Shown in pieces: positions 38,636 to 48,361 of a stretch of DNA of 64,000 bases. The DNA lies in contig JAJTFC010000007.1 in the NCBI GenBank assembly GCA_021298315.1, positions 2,819 through 66,818 of the forward strand, in the 5' to 3' direction. A program made the translations under genes and the position numbers. The notes under the pieces are model-generated. The model was not told the origin of the DNA. It saw only the letters and a list, made by a program, of their open reading frames with translations, and did no database searches. Each line of letters starts with the position of its first letter. Position 1 is the first letter of the stretch. The stretch comes from Planctomycetaceae bacterium (lineage in GTDB: Bacteria > Planctomycetota > Planctomycetia > Pirellulales > Pirellulaceae).

Positions 38636-40135
38636 ATGCGAAATACTCGTTCAAGAACCCTGATGTTTTTATGTGCTTGTTTGTCCTTTGGCCCAAGCGG
38701 TGCGATCGGTCAGGAGTCCAGCAAGAAGAAGGATTTAAAAGAGTCCGATTACTACGCGATTCGCTCTTACGAGATTCCCGATGGGGTCGAGTTAGAGGCG
38801 ACCTCGTTTCAACGAATGCCTGATGGAAAGCTCGCGGTTGCTTCGAGGCGAGGCGAGATTTGGATGATCGCAGATCCCTTGGGCAGCGATTTCTCGTCCA
38901 AGCAATTCACTCGCTATGCGCATGGGCTGCACGAGCCTATCGGAATGGATTATCGGGATGGATGGTTGTATGTGACTCAGCGTCCCGATGTTTCGCGATT
39001 GAAAGACACCGATGCCGATGGGCAGGCCGATGAGTTTGAAGTCGTTGCCGATGGATGGCAGATCACCGGGGATTACCACGAGTACGCGTTTGGATCGAAA
39101 TTTGATAAGGAGGGGAACATTTGGGTTGTCTTGTGTTTGACGGGCTCTTTTGGCAGCGATGCGCTTTATCGCGGTTGGGCCGTTCGCGCCACTGCCGATG
39201 GCAAGACGATTCCCACAACCAGCGGCATTCGATCCCCTGGTGGTATCGGCATGAACGCTCTTGGCGATGTGTTCTATACCGACAACCAAGGCCCTTGGAA
39301 CGGAACCTGTGCGCTGAAGCACTTGAGTCCCAAGAAGTTTGTTGGGCATCCGGGAGGATTCAAATGGTATGAGCAGGCTCAAGAATACATGGGCAAAAAA
39401 CCAACCGAACCCAAGGATGGCAGTCGCTTTGTGATCGAAGCCGACAGGATCCCCGAGTACGAGCCACCTGCGGTCTTGTTCCCGTATGGCAAGATGGGGC
39501 AATCAGCAGCCGGAATTGCTTGCGATACAACCGGTGGCAAGTTCGGTCCATTTGCCAATCAAATGTTCGTTGGCGATCAAACCTTTAGTACCGTGATGCG
39601 ATGCTACTTGGAAAAAGTTCAGGGGCACTATCAAGGTGCATGCTTTCCTTTCAGAGAGGGGCTCGATTGCGGTGTAGTTGGATTGGAGATGCAGCCTAAC
39701 GGGATGATGTTTGTCGGGGGAACCAGTCGAGGTTGGGGCTCGCGAGGAAGTAAGTCTTTCTGCGTTCAACGCTTGGACTGGACCGGTCAGACTCCGTTTG
39801 AGGTTTTAGAGATGAAGGCTCGCAAGCAAGGCTTTGAGTTGGTCTTTACCAAGCCTGTGGATAAAAAGTCAGCCGAGGATGTTGCATCCTACGATCTCAA
39901 GACCTTCACTTACATCTATCAGGGTGCTTATGGAAGCCCCGAGGTCGATGCGACAACCGCGACGGTCAAATCCGCCAAGGTATCCCAAGACGGGTTGAAG
40001 GTCGAGTTGGTCATCGATGGACTCCAAAGAGGCCATGTGCATCACTTGGTTTCCAAGGGAGTGCGTTCGGCAGAAGGCTCGGTCCCGCTCCTTCACGCCG
40101 ATGCTTATTACACCCTCAACTACCTAGCCGAGTAG
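38636..40135 (+). CDS. Exported beta-propeller (sugar/sorbosone dehydrogenase-like) hypothetical protein
   Basis: Signal peptide and motifs [50 protein letters not shown], typical of planctomycete partner proteins of cytochrome/DUF1080 genes. Confidence 0.7.
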   Translation: MRNTRSRTLMFLCACLSFGPSGAIGQESSKKKDLKESDYYAIRSYEIPDGVELEATSFQRMPDGKLAVASRRGEIWMIADPLGSDFSSKQFTRYAHGLHEPIGMDYRDGWLYVTQRPDVSRLKDTDADGQADEFEVVADGWQITGDYHEYAFGSKFDKEGNIWVVLCLTGSFGSDALYRGWAVRATADGKTIPTTSGIRSPGGIGMNALGDVFYTDNQGPWNGTCALKHLSPKKFVGHPGGFKWYEQAQEYMGKKPTEPKDGSRFVIEADRIPEYEPPAVLFPYGKMGQSAAGIACDTTGGKFGPFANQMFVGDQTFSTVMRCYLEKVQGHYQGACFPFREGLDCGVVGLEMQPNGMMFVGGTSRGWGSRGSKSFCVQRLDWTGQTPFEVLEMKARKQGFELVFTKPVDKKSAEDVASYDLKTFTYIYQGAYGSPEVDATTATVKSAKVSQDGLKVELVIDGLQRGHVHHLVSKGVRSAEGSVPLLHADAYYTLNYLAE

Positions 40136-40143
40136 ACTGAAGT

Positions 40144-41073
40144 TTATTTGACGGAGGGGTTTTTGTTCCGGTAGCGTTGGTCGATCACAGCCCACTCGAA
40201 TTTGCCGTTCTTAGTCGCTTTGCATTCGAAGATCGTTTTGGCGATGTCCGAGACTCGAAAGTCCTTGCTGCGTTTCTCGACGTAGTGGGCTTTTTCTGCT
40301 AGGGCCAAGGTGTCTTCAAGTTCCTTTGGGATGAACTTCAAAACGGTTCGTTCTTTGGTGTTTACCCCTGCGGCTTGCAAAAGCGCTTTGTCGTATTGCA
40401 TCAGAGCATTGTTGGTGACGTAGCTAAAGAACAATCGTTTCTCTTGATCTCTGGTCGACGAGCGAGCCTTGGGGGCTTTCGCCAGGGTGCTTGCGTAATC
40501 GATGGTGGGAATGCCACCTCCAATGGCTGCCAATTCGATCCCGAAGGCATCGAGTTGTCCGGCGTAAGCTTTACGGTCGCGGGCTGAAAATTTCAGTTCC
40601 CATCGTTCACCACGATGGACGCCATCGACCCCTTCGCCTTCTGGTCCCGGTGGGCGACTGTCCCCTTGACCAGAGCGATCCCCTGCGATCGCATCGTTGG
40701 CGATGATCGTGTCCATGGATGCAATCGCGGCGATCGCATCGTTGACCATCTGGATGGTTTGCTCGAGGGCCGGTTCGCTAAGTTGTTCGACTTCGTCGGC
40801 CGCAGGAGGATCAAAGTCGCGTTCGAAACCGGCGGCGTTGTCACCTCGGCCAGCGATGCGCTCGGCTTCGAGTTCCATCGGAAGCGTGCGGGTCCAATTC
40901 ATGGAAAGCAAGAACAGCAAAAAGAGCATGCCGACGGCAAAAGCCAACATGACCGCGATGCTGATGAGCAGGCTCGATACTTGCTCGACCTTGTTGGTTC
41001 GCATCGACGTCTCGTCGACATGCAAAATACCCCCGCCGGTGCTTTTGGGCTGTGTGGGATTGGCAGTGCTCAT
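40144..41073 (-). CDS. Hypothetical single-pass membrane protein
   Basis: 309-aa ORF with one N-terminal TM helix, an acidic linker and a Gly-rich GDSRPPGPEGEG segment. 27 bp downstream of the upstream gene. Confidence 0.7.
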   Translation of the reverse strand: MSTANPTQPKSTGGGILHVDETSMRTNKVEQVSSLLISIAVMLAFAVGMLFLLFLLSMNWTRTLPMELEAERIAGRGDNAAGFERDFDPPAADEVEQLSEPALEQTIQMVNDAIAAIASMDTIIANDAIAGDRSGQGDSRPPGPEGEGVDGVHRGERWELKFSARDRKAYAGQLDAFGIELAAIGGGIPTIDYASTLAKAPKARSSTRDQEKRLFFSYVTNNALMQYDKALLQAAGVNTKERTVLKFIPKELEDTLALAEKAHYVEKRSKDFRVSDIAKTIFECKATKNGKFEWAVIDQRYRNKNPSVK

Positions 41074-41100
41074 GATTTTCTATCCGATCCTATCGTATTG

Positions 41101-42846
41101 CTATTCCACGAAGATGTAATCGGGACGAAGTTCCAGGAACCAAGTCTTCCATTCCCGCTGGGCTTTGACGCGATCTTGTTCCGTAATACCACCTTCTTTG
41201 GGTAGATGGTATTTATCGAGTTTTCGAGAGATCAGTCTCAAGGAAGTTTCGGCATTTCGATTGACGACGGAGTCACGATCGCTCAGGGCAAAAATCAGCT
41301 CGGGTACCATATCTAGATCATCGCTTCGTCCAAGGACTTTTGAGGCGATGCGGCGGGCTTGCCAATCTTTGGATCGCAGGAGTCGCGAGAAGCGATTGAG
41401 TTCATCTTTCCGACGGGCTGGATCTTTCGAGAAGATAATTTTGTCGGCGACGAGTTTGTCTTCGCCTTGGGATTTCTTGTCATCTTCGAGCATCTTCAAG
41501 GCATCATCGATGCTGGTGGCTTCGGTCTTAGAGACCGGTTTTCCGTTGAGCATTGTGACGGTACTTAAGTCTGCCGGTAGTTCGTTGCCACCGATGGCGA
41601 TGGCTTCTTTAAGGTCGCCGATGGCTTTTTGAGTGCTGCGAATGAGGAACAAGATGGCCAAGGAGGTTGCTGTCTGCGGATCTAATACGGTATCGAGGTC
41701 TTGAGAGTTTTGGCCACCAAAGGATCCATTTGCGCCTTGCATCGCCTTCATGCGTTCGACTTCGGCGTTGTACCAAGGTGGACTTTTGTTTTGCTTACCG
41801 TTGGCGATTTCGAGGAAGGATTCGAATCGTTCGAGGGAATACAGGTAGTAGTAGTGCCAAGTCGTCTTCGAGTAAGGGTGGCGGCGATTGAAGTCCAATC
41901 CTCCTTTGACGCAGTTGTCGAGTTGATCGCGGTCGATGTTTGCCCCCCGTCGTTTCTTCTCCGATTCAGCCACAACCCGCTTAAAGGCAGGTGGAACGAG
42001 CCCTTCTTCCTCTTCGGCTTGGGCCAATCGATTTCTAAAAACGCCCAAGATGTCACCTGCGATGAGAACGCTCGATAAACCGCAGGCTGTTAGGGAGTTC
42101 GTCGAGTTGGTGAGCCCCATATTGCCAGGCTCGAACTGATAAGGCCATCCCCCTGCATTGCCGCTTTGGGCATCTCGGATTTGGGCGGCGTAAAGATATT
42201 CCAAAGTCTTGACGACTCGGTCGTCGGGAATCTCGATGCCGGCTTGGTACATCGTCCAAAGTGCCAGCAGTACGTATTGTGTTTGCGAGATGTCTCCGCT
42301 ATCGGGTTTATGGGAACCGTCGATATAACCGTAGCCTCCAGTTCTTTGCTGGACACGCATGAAAAAGTCGCGAGCGGCCAGGAGTTCGGGGCCATAGGTG
42401 TCGACGCTAACGCTTGCGAGCAACATGCAACATACCGCCACATGGTAGATCGATTTGTGATCGAAACCACCTTGAGCTCGCGTGATCTTACCGACGTAAT
42501 CTTTCGCAGCCAGGATCCCCTTGGCAACCATCGGCATGTCGGGATCCCCTTCGACTTTGTAGATCGCGTAAGCCGAAAGGATCTGGATACCAAAAATGGA
42601 GTCCCCCGATCCACTGATGGGGTTGGCCGCCAGGTAAGCGACTCCGCGATCGACCATTTCTTTGACCACCGGATGGTCTGGGTAGTACTGCGCCCGGGCC
42701 AGGGGTGTCGGAATGACTGTCGCGACACAAACAGCGATAAGACAGAGAAATTTCCAGCAGATCCTAGACCGATCGATCACTGTGATGTTCCTAAGTTTGT
42801 ATTTTACGAGGAGTCGAGGATATCCTTGGCGTGCCGGGGAACCCAC
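41101..42846 (-). CDS. Exported prenyltransferase/squalene-oxidase-repeat (alpha/alpha toroid) protein with C-terminal HEAT repeats
   Basis: QW-like repeats RGVAYL, VQQRTGGYGY..GDISQTQYVLLAL, AQ..GGWPY, YYYLYSLER, MQGANGSF, and HEAT ARRIASKVLG..VPELIFAL. The start is probably downstream of 42846. Confidence 0.72.
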   Translation of the reverse strand: MGSPARQGYPRLLVKYKLRNITVIDRSRICWKFLCLIAVCVATVIPTPLARAQYYPDHPVVKEMVDRGVAYLAANPISGSGDSIFGIQILSAYAIYKVEGDPDMPMVAKGILAAKDYVGKITRAQGGFDHKSIYHVAVCCMLLASVSVDTYGPELLAARDFFMRVQQRTGGYGYIDGSHKPDSGDISQTQYVLLALWTMYQAGIEIPDDRVVKTLEYLYAAQIRDAQSGNAGGWPYQFEPGNMGLTNSTNSLTACGLSSVLIAGDILGVFRNRLAQAEEEEGLVPPAFKRVVAESEKKRRGANIDRDQLDNCVKGGLDFNRRHPYSKTTWHYYYLYSLERFESFLEIANGKQNKSPPWYNAEVERMKAMQGANGSFGGQNSQDLDTVLDPQTATSLAILFLIRSTQKAIGDLKEAIAIGGNELPADLSTVTMLNGKPVSKTEATSIDDALKMLEDDKKSQGEDKLVADKIIFSKDPARRKDELNRFSRLLRSKDWQARRIASKVLGRSDDLDMVPELIFALSDRDSVVNRNAETSLRLISRKLDKYHLPKEGGITEQDRVKAQREWKTWFLELRPDYIFVE

Positions 42847-42925
42847 GATTGTTGATTGTAGCCAGAAAGTGGCCTAAACTCTACGGATCGCCGAGAAAAG
42901 GGATTCAGAAAGCCTGGGGTTTGAA

Positions 42926-42953
42926 TTGACAAAACCGGCGAAGGGTTTACCAT
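42926..42953 (+). promoter_or_regulatory. Sigma-70 promoter of the tRNA-Phe gene
   Basis: TTGACA-N16-TACCAT ending 18 bp upstream of the tRNA. Confidence 0.7.
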
Positions 42954-42971
42954 TTTCACCTCTACGTCCCT

Positions 42972-43044
42972 GGTCAGGTAGCTCAGTAGGTAGAGCAATG
43001 GACTGAAAATCCATGTGTCGCCGGTTCGATCCCGGCCCTGACCA
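42972..43044 (+). tRNA. tRNA-Phe (GAA)
   Basis: 73-nt cloverleaf: acceptor stem GGTCAGG/CCTGACC+A, D arm GCTC/GAGC, anticodon stem ATGGA-CTGAAAA-TCCAT, T loop GGTTCGATCCC. The 3' CCA is not encoded. Confidence 0.97.
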
Positions 43045-43048
43045 CTTT

Positions 43049-43411
43049 CTAGGGCGAGGTCTGATCAGACGGATCAGACTCATCTGACTGATCGTTGCGG
43101 GTTTTCCAACCGGGTTTGCGTCGGCGGGCTTTGGGATGGTGCGAGGGCGTGAGCCCCTCGATCATTTCTTCTTCGAGCCTAAACGAAAGAGGTTTGGCCG
43201 GCTCTTGGACAATCGTTGCCTCTAACTTCTGCTTGTTGATTCGCAAAAGCTCATCGATCTCGAATTCGACGTCTTGGCCGGGGCGCAGGTATTTGGGGTT
43301 CAATCCTTGAACCGTCGAGAAATGGAAGAAGACATCGTCGCGAAAGTGCTCGCTACGAATAAATCCGAACTTGCGGTCGGCTACCAAGGTCACGATTTGT
43401 CCGATCCGCAT
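43049..43411 (-). CDS. Cold-shock-domain protein with a basic C-terminal extension
   Basis: RNP1 KFGFI, RNP2 VFFHFS, LRPGQDVEFEI, and C-terminal HHPKARRRKPGW. Confidence 0.85.
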   Translation of the reverse strand: MRIGQIVTLVADRKFGFIRSEHFRDDVFFHFSTVQGLNPKYLRPGQDVEFEIDELLRINKQKLEATIVQEPAKPLSFRLEEEMIEGLTPSHHPKARRRKPGWKTRNDQSDESDPSDQTSP

Positions 43412-43834
43412 TTACTCGTCCCCTGGATAACTCTGTATCCGCCCTACACTGCTGTTGAATATCCGCTTGCGACGCTCTGCAGCGATGGGCTCAGCAACTT
43501 TGGCATGCTCCTGAGCGATCCGAAGATCCGCCAAATTTGCTTGGCAATAACGACAACCGATCGTCTCGATGTGAAACTCAATGTAATCGCTGGCGTCATC
43601 GAGCATGGCTCCAAGCAGATAGCTGCCTAGCTGCTCGCGCGAGGGGCAACTGAGTCTGTGTCGACGCCATATATCGCCTAAGCTGTGCATGCCCGAATCT
43701 CGTTGGGAGACCAGCAATTCGATCCTCTTGCGCAATTGGCTGTCGGACCTGATCGACTGTTCGATGGCTGCCATCTTCTCGGCCGAGAGAGCCTCATCCA
43801 AATACGCCAGGAGCATCGCATCGGAGAGGATCAT
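43412..43834 (-). CDS. Hypothetical protein with anti-sigma zinc-finger-like motifs
   Basis: LLAYLDEAL and CPSREQLGSYL..HIETIGCRYC (H-x5-C-x2-C). Overlaps the fabF stop (ATGA) and abuts the next gene. Confidence 0.7.
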   Translation of the reverse strand: MILSDAMLLAYLDEALSAEKMAAIEQSIRSDSQLRKRIELLVSQRDSGMHSLGDIWRRHRLSCPSREQLGSYLLGAMLDDASDYIEFHIETIGCRYCQANLADLRIAQEHAKVAEPIAAERRKRIFNSSVGRIQSYPGDE

Positions 43835-45117
43835 GAGTTTTTCAATGCACCGACAGCTAAAGTAACATTTTGGCCTCCGAAGCCAAAGCTGTTATTGAGG
43901 GCTACCTGGATTTTCGAGGGCCTTGCAACATTTGGAATATAATCAAGATCGCAGGCCGGATCTGGGGTCTCTTGATTGATCGTCGGTGGTAGCACACCGT
44001 CTCGGATGGCAAGCATGCATACGATCATTTCCGTTACGCCCGCTGCGGCGATCAAATGCCCCATCATGCTTTTGGTACTCGATACGGGGATCTTTTTGGC
44101 CAAGTCTCCGAAGACACCTTTGCATGCGAGGGTTTCGGTTCGGTCGTTGACCTGCGTGCTGGTTCCGTGGGCGTTGACATAACCGATCTGATCGATGTTG
44201 ATCTTCGCGTCGGCGATGGCTTGCTTCATACAACCGATGGCACCTCGACCTTCGGGATGAATGTCGGTGATGCGATAAGCATCTGCGGTAGATCCATAAC
44301 CGAGTATTTCGCCATAGATCGCTGCACCTCGTTTACGAGCATGCTCGTACTCTTCAAGAATGACGATCGCGGCTCCCTCCCCAAGCACAAATCCATCTCG
44401 GTCTTTGTCGAATGGACGAGACGCTTTCGCTGGCTGTCCATTGCGTTCTGAGAGGGTCGTCAGGAGGCTAAAGCCGGTGAGTCCAAACGGATGGATCATC
44501 GAATGGCAACCACCTGCGATCATGACATCCGCATCCCCGGCGCGGATAAGCTCGGTTGCCTCTCCCACAGCTTGGCTCGATGCGGCGCATGCGGTCAAGC
44601 AGTTGCAATTTGGCCCTTGGGCATCGAACAAGGCGGCCACGTGGGCGGCTGGCATGTTCGGCTCTTGTTCCATCTCCTCCCGGGGATCCATCAACTCGAA
44701 CCCCTTGCGAAGGAACTTGGTCATATCAAACTCTGGTCCACCGATGGCTGCGTCGACCATTTGGGTAAAGTTGCTGAAGTTTTGATTTCCTTCGCCAGCC
44801 CCCAAATACACACCCACACGTGTCGGATCGAGATTGCTATCTAGAAAGCCAGATTGCATCACCGCTTGCTTGGCAGCACCCACAGCAAACCGCGTATGGC
44901 GGCCCCGATAGTTCCAAATCGCAGGGGATTCGCCAACCTTCGAGACATCCCAGTTCTTGACCTCAGCAGCGATGGTCGTCGGATATCCGCTTGCATCAAA
45001 GACCGTAATGGGCCCTACCCCGCTTTGACTTTCCAAAAGGGCTTTCCACATCGTGGACACATCGTGACCAAGTGGATTGATCACACCCAAGCCGGTGACG
45101 ACAACACGTCGACGCAT
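43831..45117 (-). CDS. fabF: Beta-ketoacyl-ACP synthase II
   Basis: Motifs RRVVVTGLG, TACAASSQA (Cys), SRPFDKDRDGFVLGEG, NAHGTST (His), KSMMGHL (His), NSFGFGG. Confidence 0.93.
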   Translation of the reverse strand: MRRRVVVTGLGVINPLGHDVSTMWKALLESQSGVGPITVFDASGYPTTIAAEVKNWDVSKVGESPAIWNYRGRHTRFAVGAAKQAVMQSGFLDSNLDPTRVGVYLGAGEGNQNFSNFTQMVDAAIGGPEFDMTKFLRKGFELMDPREEMEQEPNMPAAHVAALFDAQGPNCNCLTACAASSQAVGEATELIRAGDADVMIAGGCHSMIHPFGLTGFSLLTTLSERNGQPAKASRPFDKDRDGFVLGEGAAIVILEEYEHARKRGAAIYGEILGYGSTADAYRITDIHPEGRGAIGCMKQAIADAKINIDQIGYVNAHGTSTQVNDRTETLACKGVFGDLAKKIPVSSTKSMMGHLIAAAGVTEMIVCMLAIRDGVLPPTINQETPDPACDLDYIPNVARPSKIQVALNNSFGFGGQNVTLAVGALKNS

Positions 45118-45205
45118 GAATCCTAAGCCTTTTGAAAACGGTGAGGTCGGGAAAATGAATTTTCGCCTACCAAGATTCCAAAAACCCGCAGCGATTTGGG
45201 GCCTG

Positions 45206-45787
45206 TTAGGTCTTGGTGGGCAAAACCAAAGGTTTCAAGCGGGCTGCTTGTCGTAGCTCTTGCGAGGATCGAAGCTCCGCTTCGAGCATATGCTTTGGAG
45301 GATCAATTCTATTCCCATGAGTGTCGACTGCAACGTCGAAAAGACGCAGGATCCGAAGAGTTCTCATAAGATCTTCGGGCGGAAATAGAGCTTCAGCCCC
45401 AAAGCTTTCATCCAAAAAAGCAAACCACAATTCCATCTGAGCAACAGCTTGGCCCTGGCAAGTGATTTTGCCGTCGACGACCGCTCCAGTGGCATGCTTG
45501 GCCTGAACGACCGCTTCGAGTTCGATGCAGTCTCCAGGAACGACCACTCGATGAAAAGTCGCTTTGGAGACTTTCGCAAGAACCGTTTTCCGGGTGAAGC
45601 CTTCAGGTTCAGAAACCAAAAGTCCACCGGTTTGCGCCATCCCCTCAATCATCAAGGAATGAGGGTAATGCGGACAACTTTGCAAATAGTTATCTAGCGG
45701 TTCTTCACCAAAGGTAACATTCTTGATCGTGCGAGCACGAGTCTCTCGCACGAATTCAATAAAGCGATCTATCCAAAACCAACGCAC
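45206..45787 (-). CDS. FabZ-like hot-dog-fold beta-hydroxyacyl-ACP dehydratase homolog (divergent)
   Basis: Motifs IDR, KNVT..E, P.SLMIEGMAQTGG, F.R.VVPGD. The canonical GHFP motif is replaced by NYLQ. Confidence 0.8.
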   Translation of the reverse strand: MRWFWIDRFIEFVRETRARTIKNVTFGEEPLDNYLQSCPHYPHSLMIEGMAQTGGLLVSEPEGFTRKTVLAKVSKATFHRVVVPGDCIELEAVVQAKHATGAVVDGKITCQGQAVAQMELWFAFLDESFGAEALFPPEDLMRTLRILRLFDVAVDTHGNRIDPPKHMLEAELRSSQELRQAARLKPLVLPTKT

Positions 45788-45806
45788 CGCTATTGCCTCG
45801 TTGGCC

Positions 45807-46190
45807 TTAAGCCAGTTTGGACTGCACGTAACGGCAAAGGTCGCTTACGGTAAGCAAATCGCCGAAATCCTGCACCCGCGGATTGGTTTCGAACTTGGTC
45901 AAATCGGCCCAAGGCATACGCTTCTTGAGTTCCGAAAGCCCGTTGGAATTGACTTTGCCGTCTTGGACAAAGTTGCTTTGGGTCAGGATATCCTTGGGAA
46001 ACAAATCCTCGGTTTGGATTTTGATTCCGAAGGCCTTTTCCAGCTTGAAAACGATATCCAGAAAATCGATCGACTCGGCTCCCAGATCTCCGACCATGGT
46101 CGCCGCTGGAGTCACATCGTCCTCATCGACTCCCAATGCATCTACCAATGCGGACTGTACTTTGGAAAAAACCTCTTCATTCACTGACAT
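45807..46190 (-). CDS. Extended (127-aa) acyl carrier protein
   Basis: DLGAESIDFLDIVFKLEKAFGIKI phosphopantetheine site and C-terminal TVSDL..YV, with an ~45-aa insertion between them. Confidence 0.88.
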   Translation of the reverse strand: MSVNEEVFSKVQSALVDALGVDEDDVTPAATMVGDLGAESIDFLDIVFKLEKAFGIKIQTEDLFPKDILTQSNFVQDGKVNSNGLSELKKRMPWADLTKFETNPRVQDFGDLLTVSDLCRYVQSKLA

Positions 46191-46383
46191 ACCGGCATTC
46201 CTCAAGAATCAACGAATCCTTTTTTCCCTGGTTCCCAAGTGGCCAGTTGGCCGTAAAACCCCAGGGGTTAACCTTTTAAATACCCGCAAACGGATTATTT
46301 TACCAGCCCAGTGTACGCAATCGGAAGATTTTAACCCGAAACAGAAGCTGGGGACTAGCACCCTATCCTAGATGCAGCTTACC

Positions 46384-48348
46384 TCATTTGGCCTGACTTG
46401 ACTGCTGGGTCTGCACGGGCTGACTTTGGATTGAAAGCCACGATTTCCAGCGTTTTTCTTGCTCTTCGGTCGGGCTCTCGACTCGCATGAGCGTCCAGCT
46501 CGGGGTCGATGCCTCAGCCGACTCGGGGAGAACCTTCAACGGCAATTCAAGTATTTTTCCTCGCCTCGAAACCAGCACCGAGACTTGATCGCCAACATGC
46601 AGTAGCCCAACCCGCTCAGGCCACTGCTCTGCACTGATGCGATACCCATCGAGTGCAATAAGCTCATCGCCAACTTGAACTCCTGCATAGCTGGCCGACC
46701 CTCCTCGCAACACTTTGTCGATCTGGGTCTTGCCCGAAGCATTGCTAAGTTCCAATCCAAAGTGGGCTGGAGTGGCGACTTGAGCTGCATCCTGTTGCCC
46801 TCCTGGGGCATCTTTGGGAGTGTCCTTGGGTTTCCAAGTCAGACCGTAAGCCTCCAGCAAGGGTTGATAGTCGAGCTCCTCGGTAGAGCGAAGCTGCTCA
46901 TCGAGCCAGTCGCTCACAGGCTTACCGGCGAGCTCCTGGACGATTTTGGAAAAGTCTTCGTTGGTGTATCCGGTTTCCTTGTGCCGCTTCCAAAGCAACC
47001 GCATGCAATCGTCGAGGCTGTGTTTGTCCGAGGAGTGCACGCGGATTTGGGCATCCAAGAGCATTCCGACGATCGAACCTTTGACGTAGTAACTGATACG
47101 ACTATTCGAAGCGTTCTCGTCAGGTCGGTAGAACTTGATCCATGAATCGAAACTGCTATCGATAAGGTTCTGCACATGCCGGCCAGGTGAATTCTGCACT
47201 GTTTGGATGCTTTTGCTCACCCTTTCGAGATACTCTTTGGGGGTCGATAGCCCCGATCGCACGACAAACAGATCATCGTAGTAACTGGTAAGCCCTTCGG
47301 CGATCCAGAGTTCGTCGGTGTACTGTTCTTGGTTGTAATCGTAAGTCATCAAAGCTCGGGGACGCAGTCGTCGAACGTTCCAGGTGTGGAAGAACTCATG
47401 AGCCACGAGTCCTAGCCAATCGACATATTTAGGACGGAGTTTTTGCGACCAGCGACTTGCCATCAGCACAGTGGAATTGTCGTGCTCAAGGCCGCCGCCA
47501 GCTTCGGTCAGCAGGTTCAAGAACCAATACTTTTTGTAAGGCACTTCGCCCCAAAACTCCTGCTCAAGCTTGACGATCTTGGCCACGTCTGTCATCGCTT
47601 TTGCGGTGTCCCAGCCTTCGAAAGGGACGGTCGCCAGATGATGCATTGCCCCTGAGATTTCCTGGGACTGAATATCGATCTTGCCCAAAACGATGGGGCT
47701 GTCGACGAGTTCGTCAAAGTTCTTTGCGGTACGAACCCATGGATTTGTTGGAGAAGCTTCAAGCGATGTGGCGATGCTGGTCCAGGAGATATCCGGATCG
47801 AATTCGACGATGCATTTGCGATCGGTCTGATTTTCTGGAACGATAAAAGTAGCAGCACCTGTAAGGAAAGCAAATTGCGGCTCGATCCAATTGGTTCGAA
47901 CGCCCATCTCTCTTCCATAGATTCCGTAAATAACGGTCACTTTGTCGGTATTTTCGCAAGAAACGACCCAGTGGTTTTTATCGACCTTGGTCGTCTTGAT
48001 CGGCCCTTGATTATCAAAGGCTTGGAGGCTCTCGATTTGCCTAGCGTACTCGCGAACCATGTAACTGCCGGGAGTCCAAACGGGCATCATCAGCCGTATC
48101 TCTTTGGCCCCATGGGTGGCAAAGCTGACGGAGATCCAAGCGCGATGGATGGCAGCTTCGTTAAATTCCACCTGGTAGTGGATGGTTTCAGGATCGAAGG
48201 AGTCTTTAGGAGTTGGATTTTGGGCTGACAAGCGATTCTCCGGGAGCCAAGCCAACAGCAAGTGGGCCAGCAACAGCAAGGTTGCAATCCCGTTGAGTCT
48301 AGGAGTGCTTGGCAAGTACAGCGGTCTGCAAAGAATTGTAGGTTTCAT
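46384..48348 (-). CDS. M61 family metallopeptidase with PDZ domain
   Basis: Motifs PVWTPGSY, ELVDSP, GGLEH, AHEFFHTWNV, LWIAEGLTSYY, SYYVKG, and PDZ AGVQVGDELIA. Confidence 0.92.
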   Translation of the reverse strand: MKPTILCRPLYLPSTPRLNGIATLLLLAHLLLAWLPENRLSAQNPTPKDSFDPETIHYQVEFNEAAIHRAWISVSFATHGAKEIRLMMPVWTPGSYMVREYARQIESLQAFDNQGPIKTTKVDKNHWVVSCENTDKVTVIYGIYGREMGVRTNWIEPQFAFLTGAATFIVPENQTDRKCIVEFDPDISWTSIATSLEASPTNPWVRTAKNFDELVDSPIVLGKIDIQSQEISGAMHHLATVPFEGWDTAKAMTDVAKIVKLEQEFWGEVPYKKYWFLNLLTEAGGGLEHDNSTVLMASRWSQKLRPKYVDWLGLVAHEFFHTWNVRRLRPRALMTYDYNQEQYTDELWIAEGLTSYYDDLFVVRSGLSTPKEYLERVSKSIQTVQNSPGRHVQNLIDSSFDSWIKFYRPDENASNSRISYYVKGSIVGMLLDAQIRVHSSDKHSLDDCMRLLWKRHKETGYTNEDFSKIVQELAGKPVSDWLDEQLRSTEELDYQPLLEAYGLTWKPKDTPKDAPGGQQDAAQVATPAHFGLELSNASGKTQIDKVLRGGSASYAGVQVGDELIALDGYRISAEQWPERVGLLHVGDQVSVLVSRRGKILELPLKVLPESAEASTPSWTLMRVESPTEEQEKRWKSWLSIQSQPVQTQQSSQAK

Positions 48349-48361
48349 GGAGCATAGTTTC

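Noticed and set aside
42972-43100. tRNA-Phe as an integration site for an island or prophage
   Set aside because: No integrase nearby, and I saw no duplicate of the tRNA 3' end elsewhere in the window.
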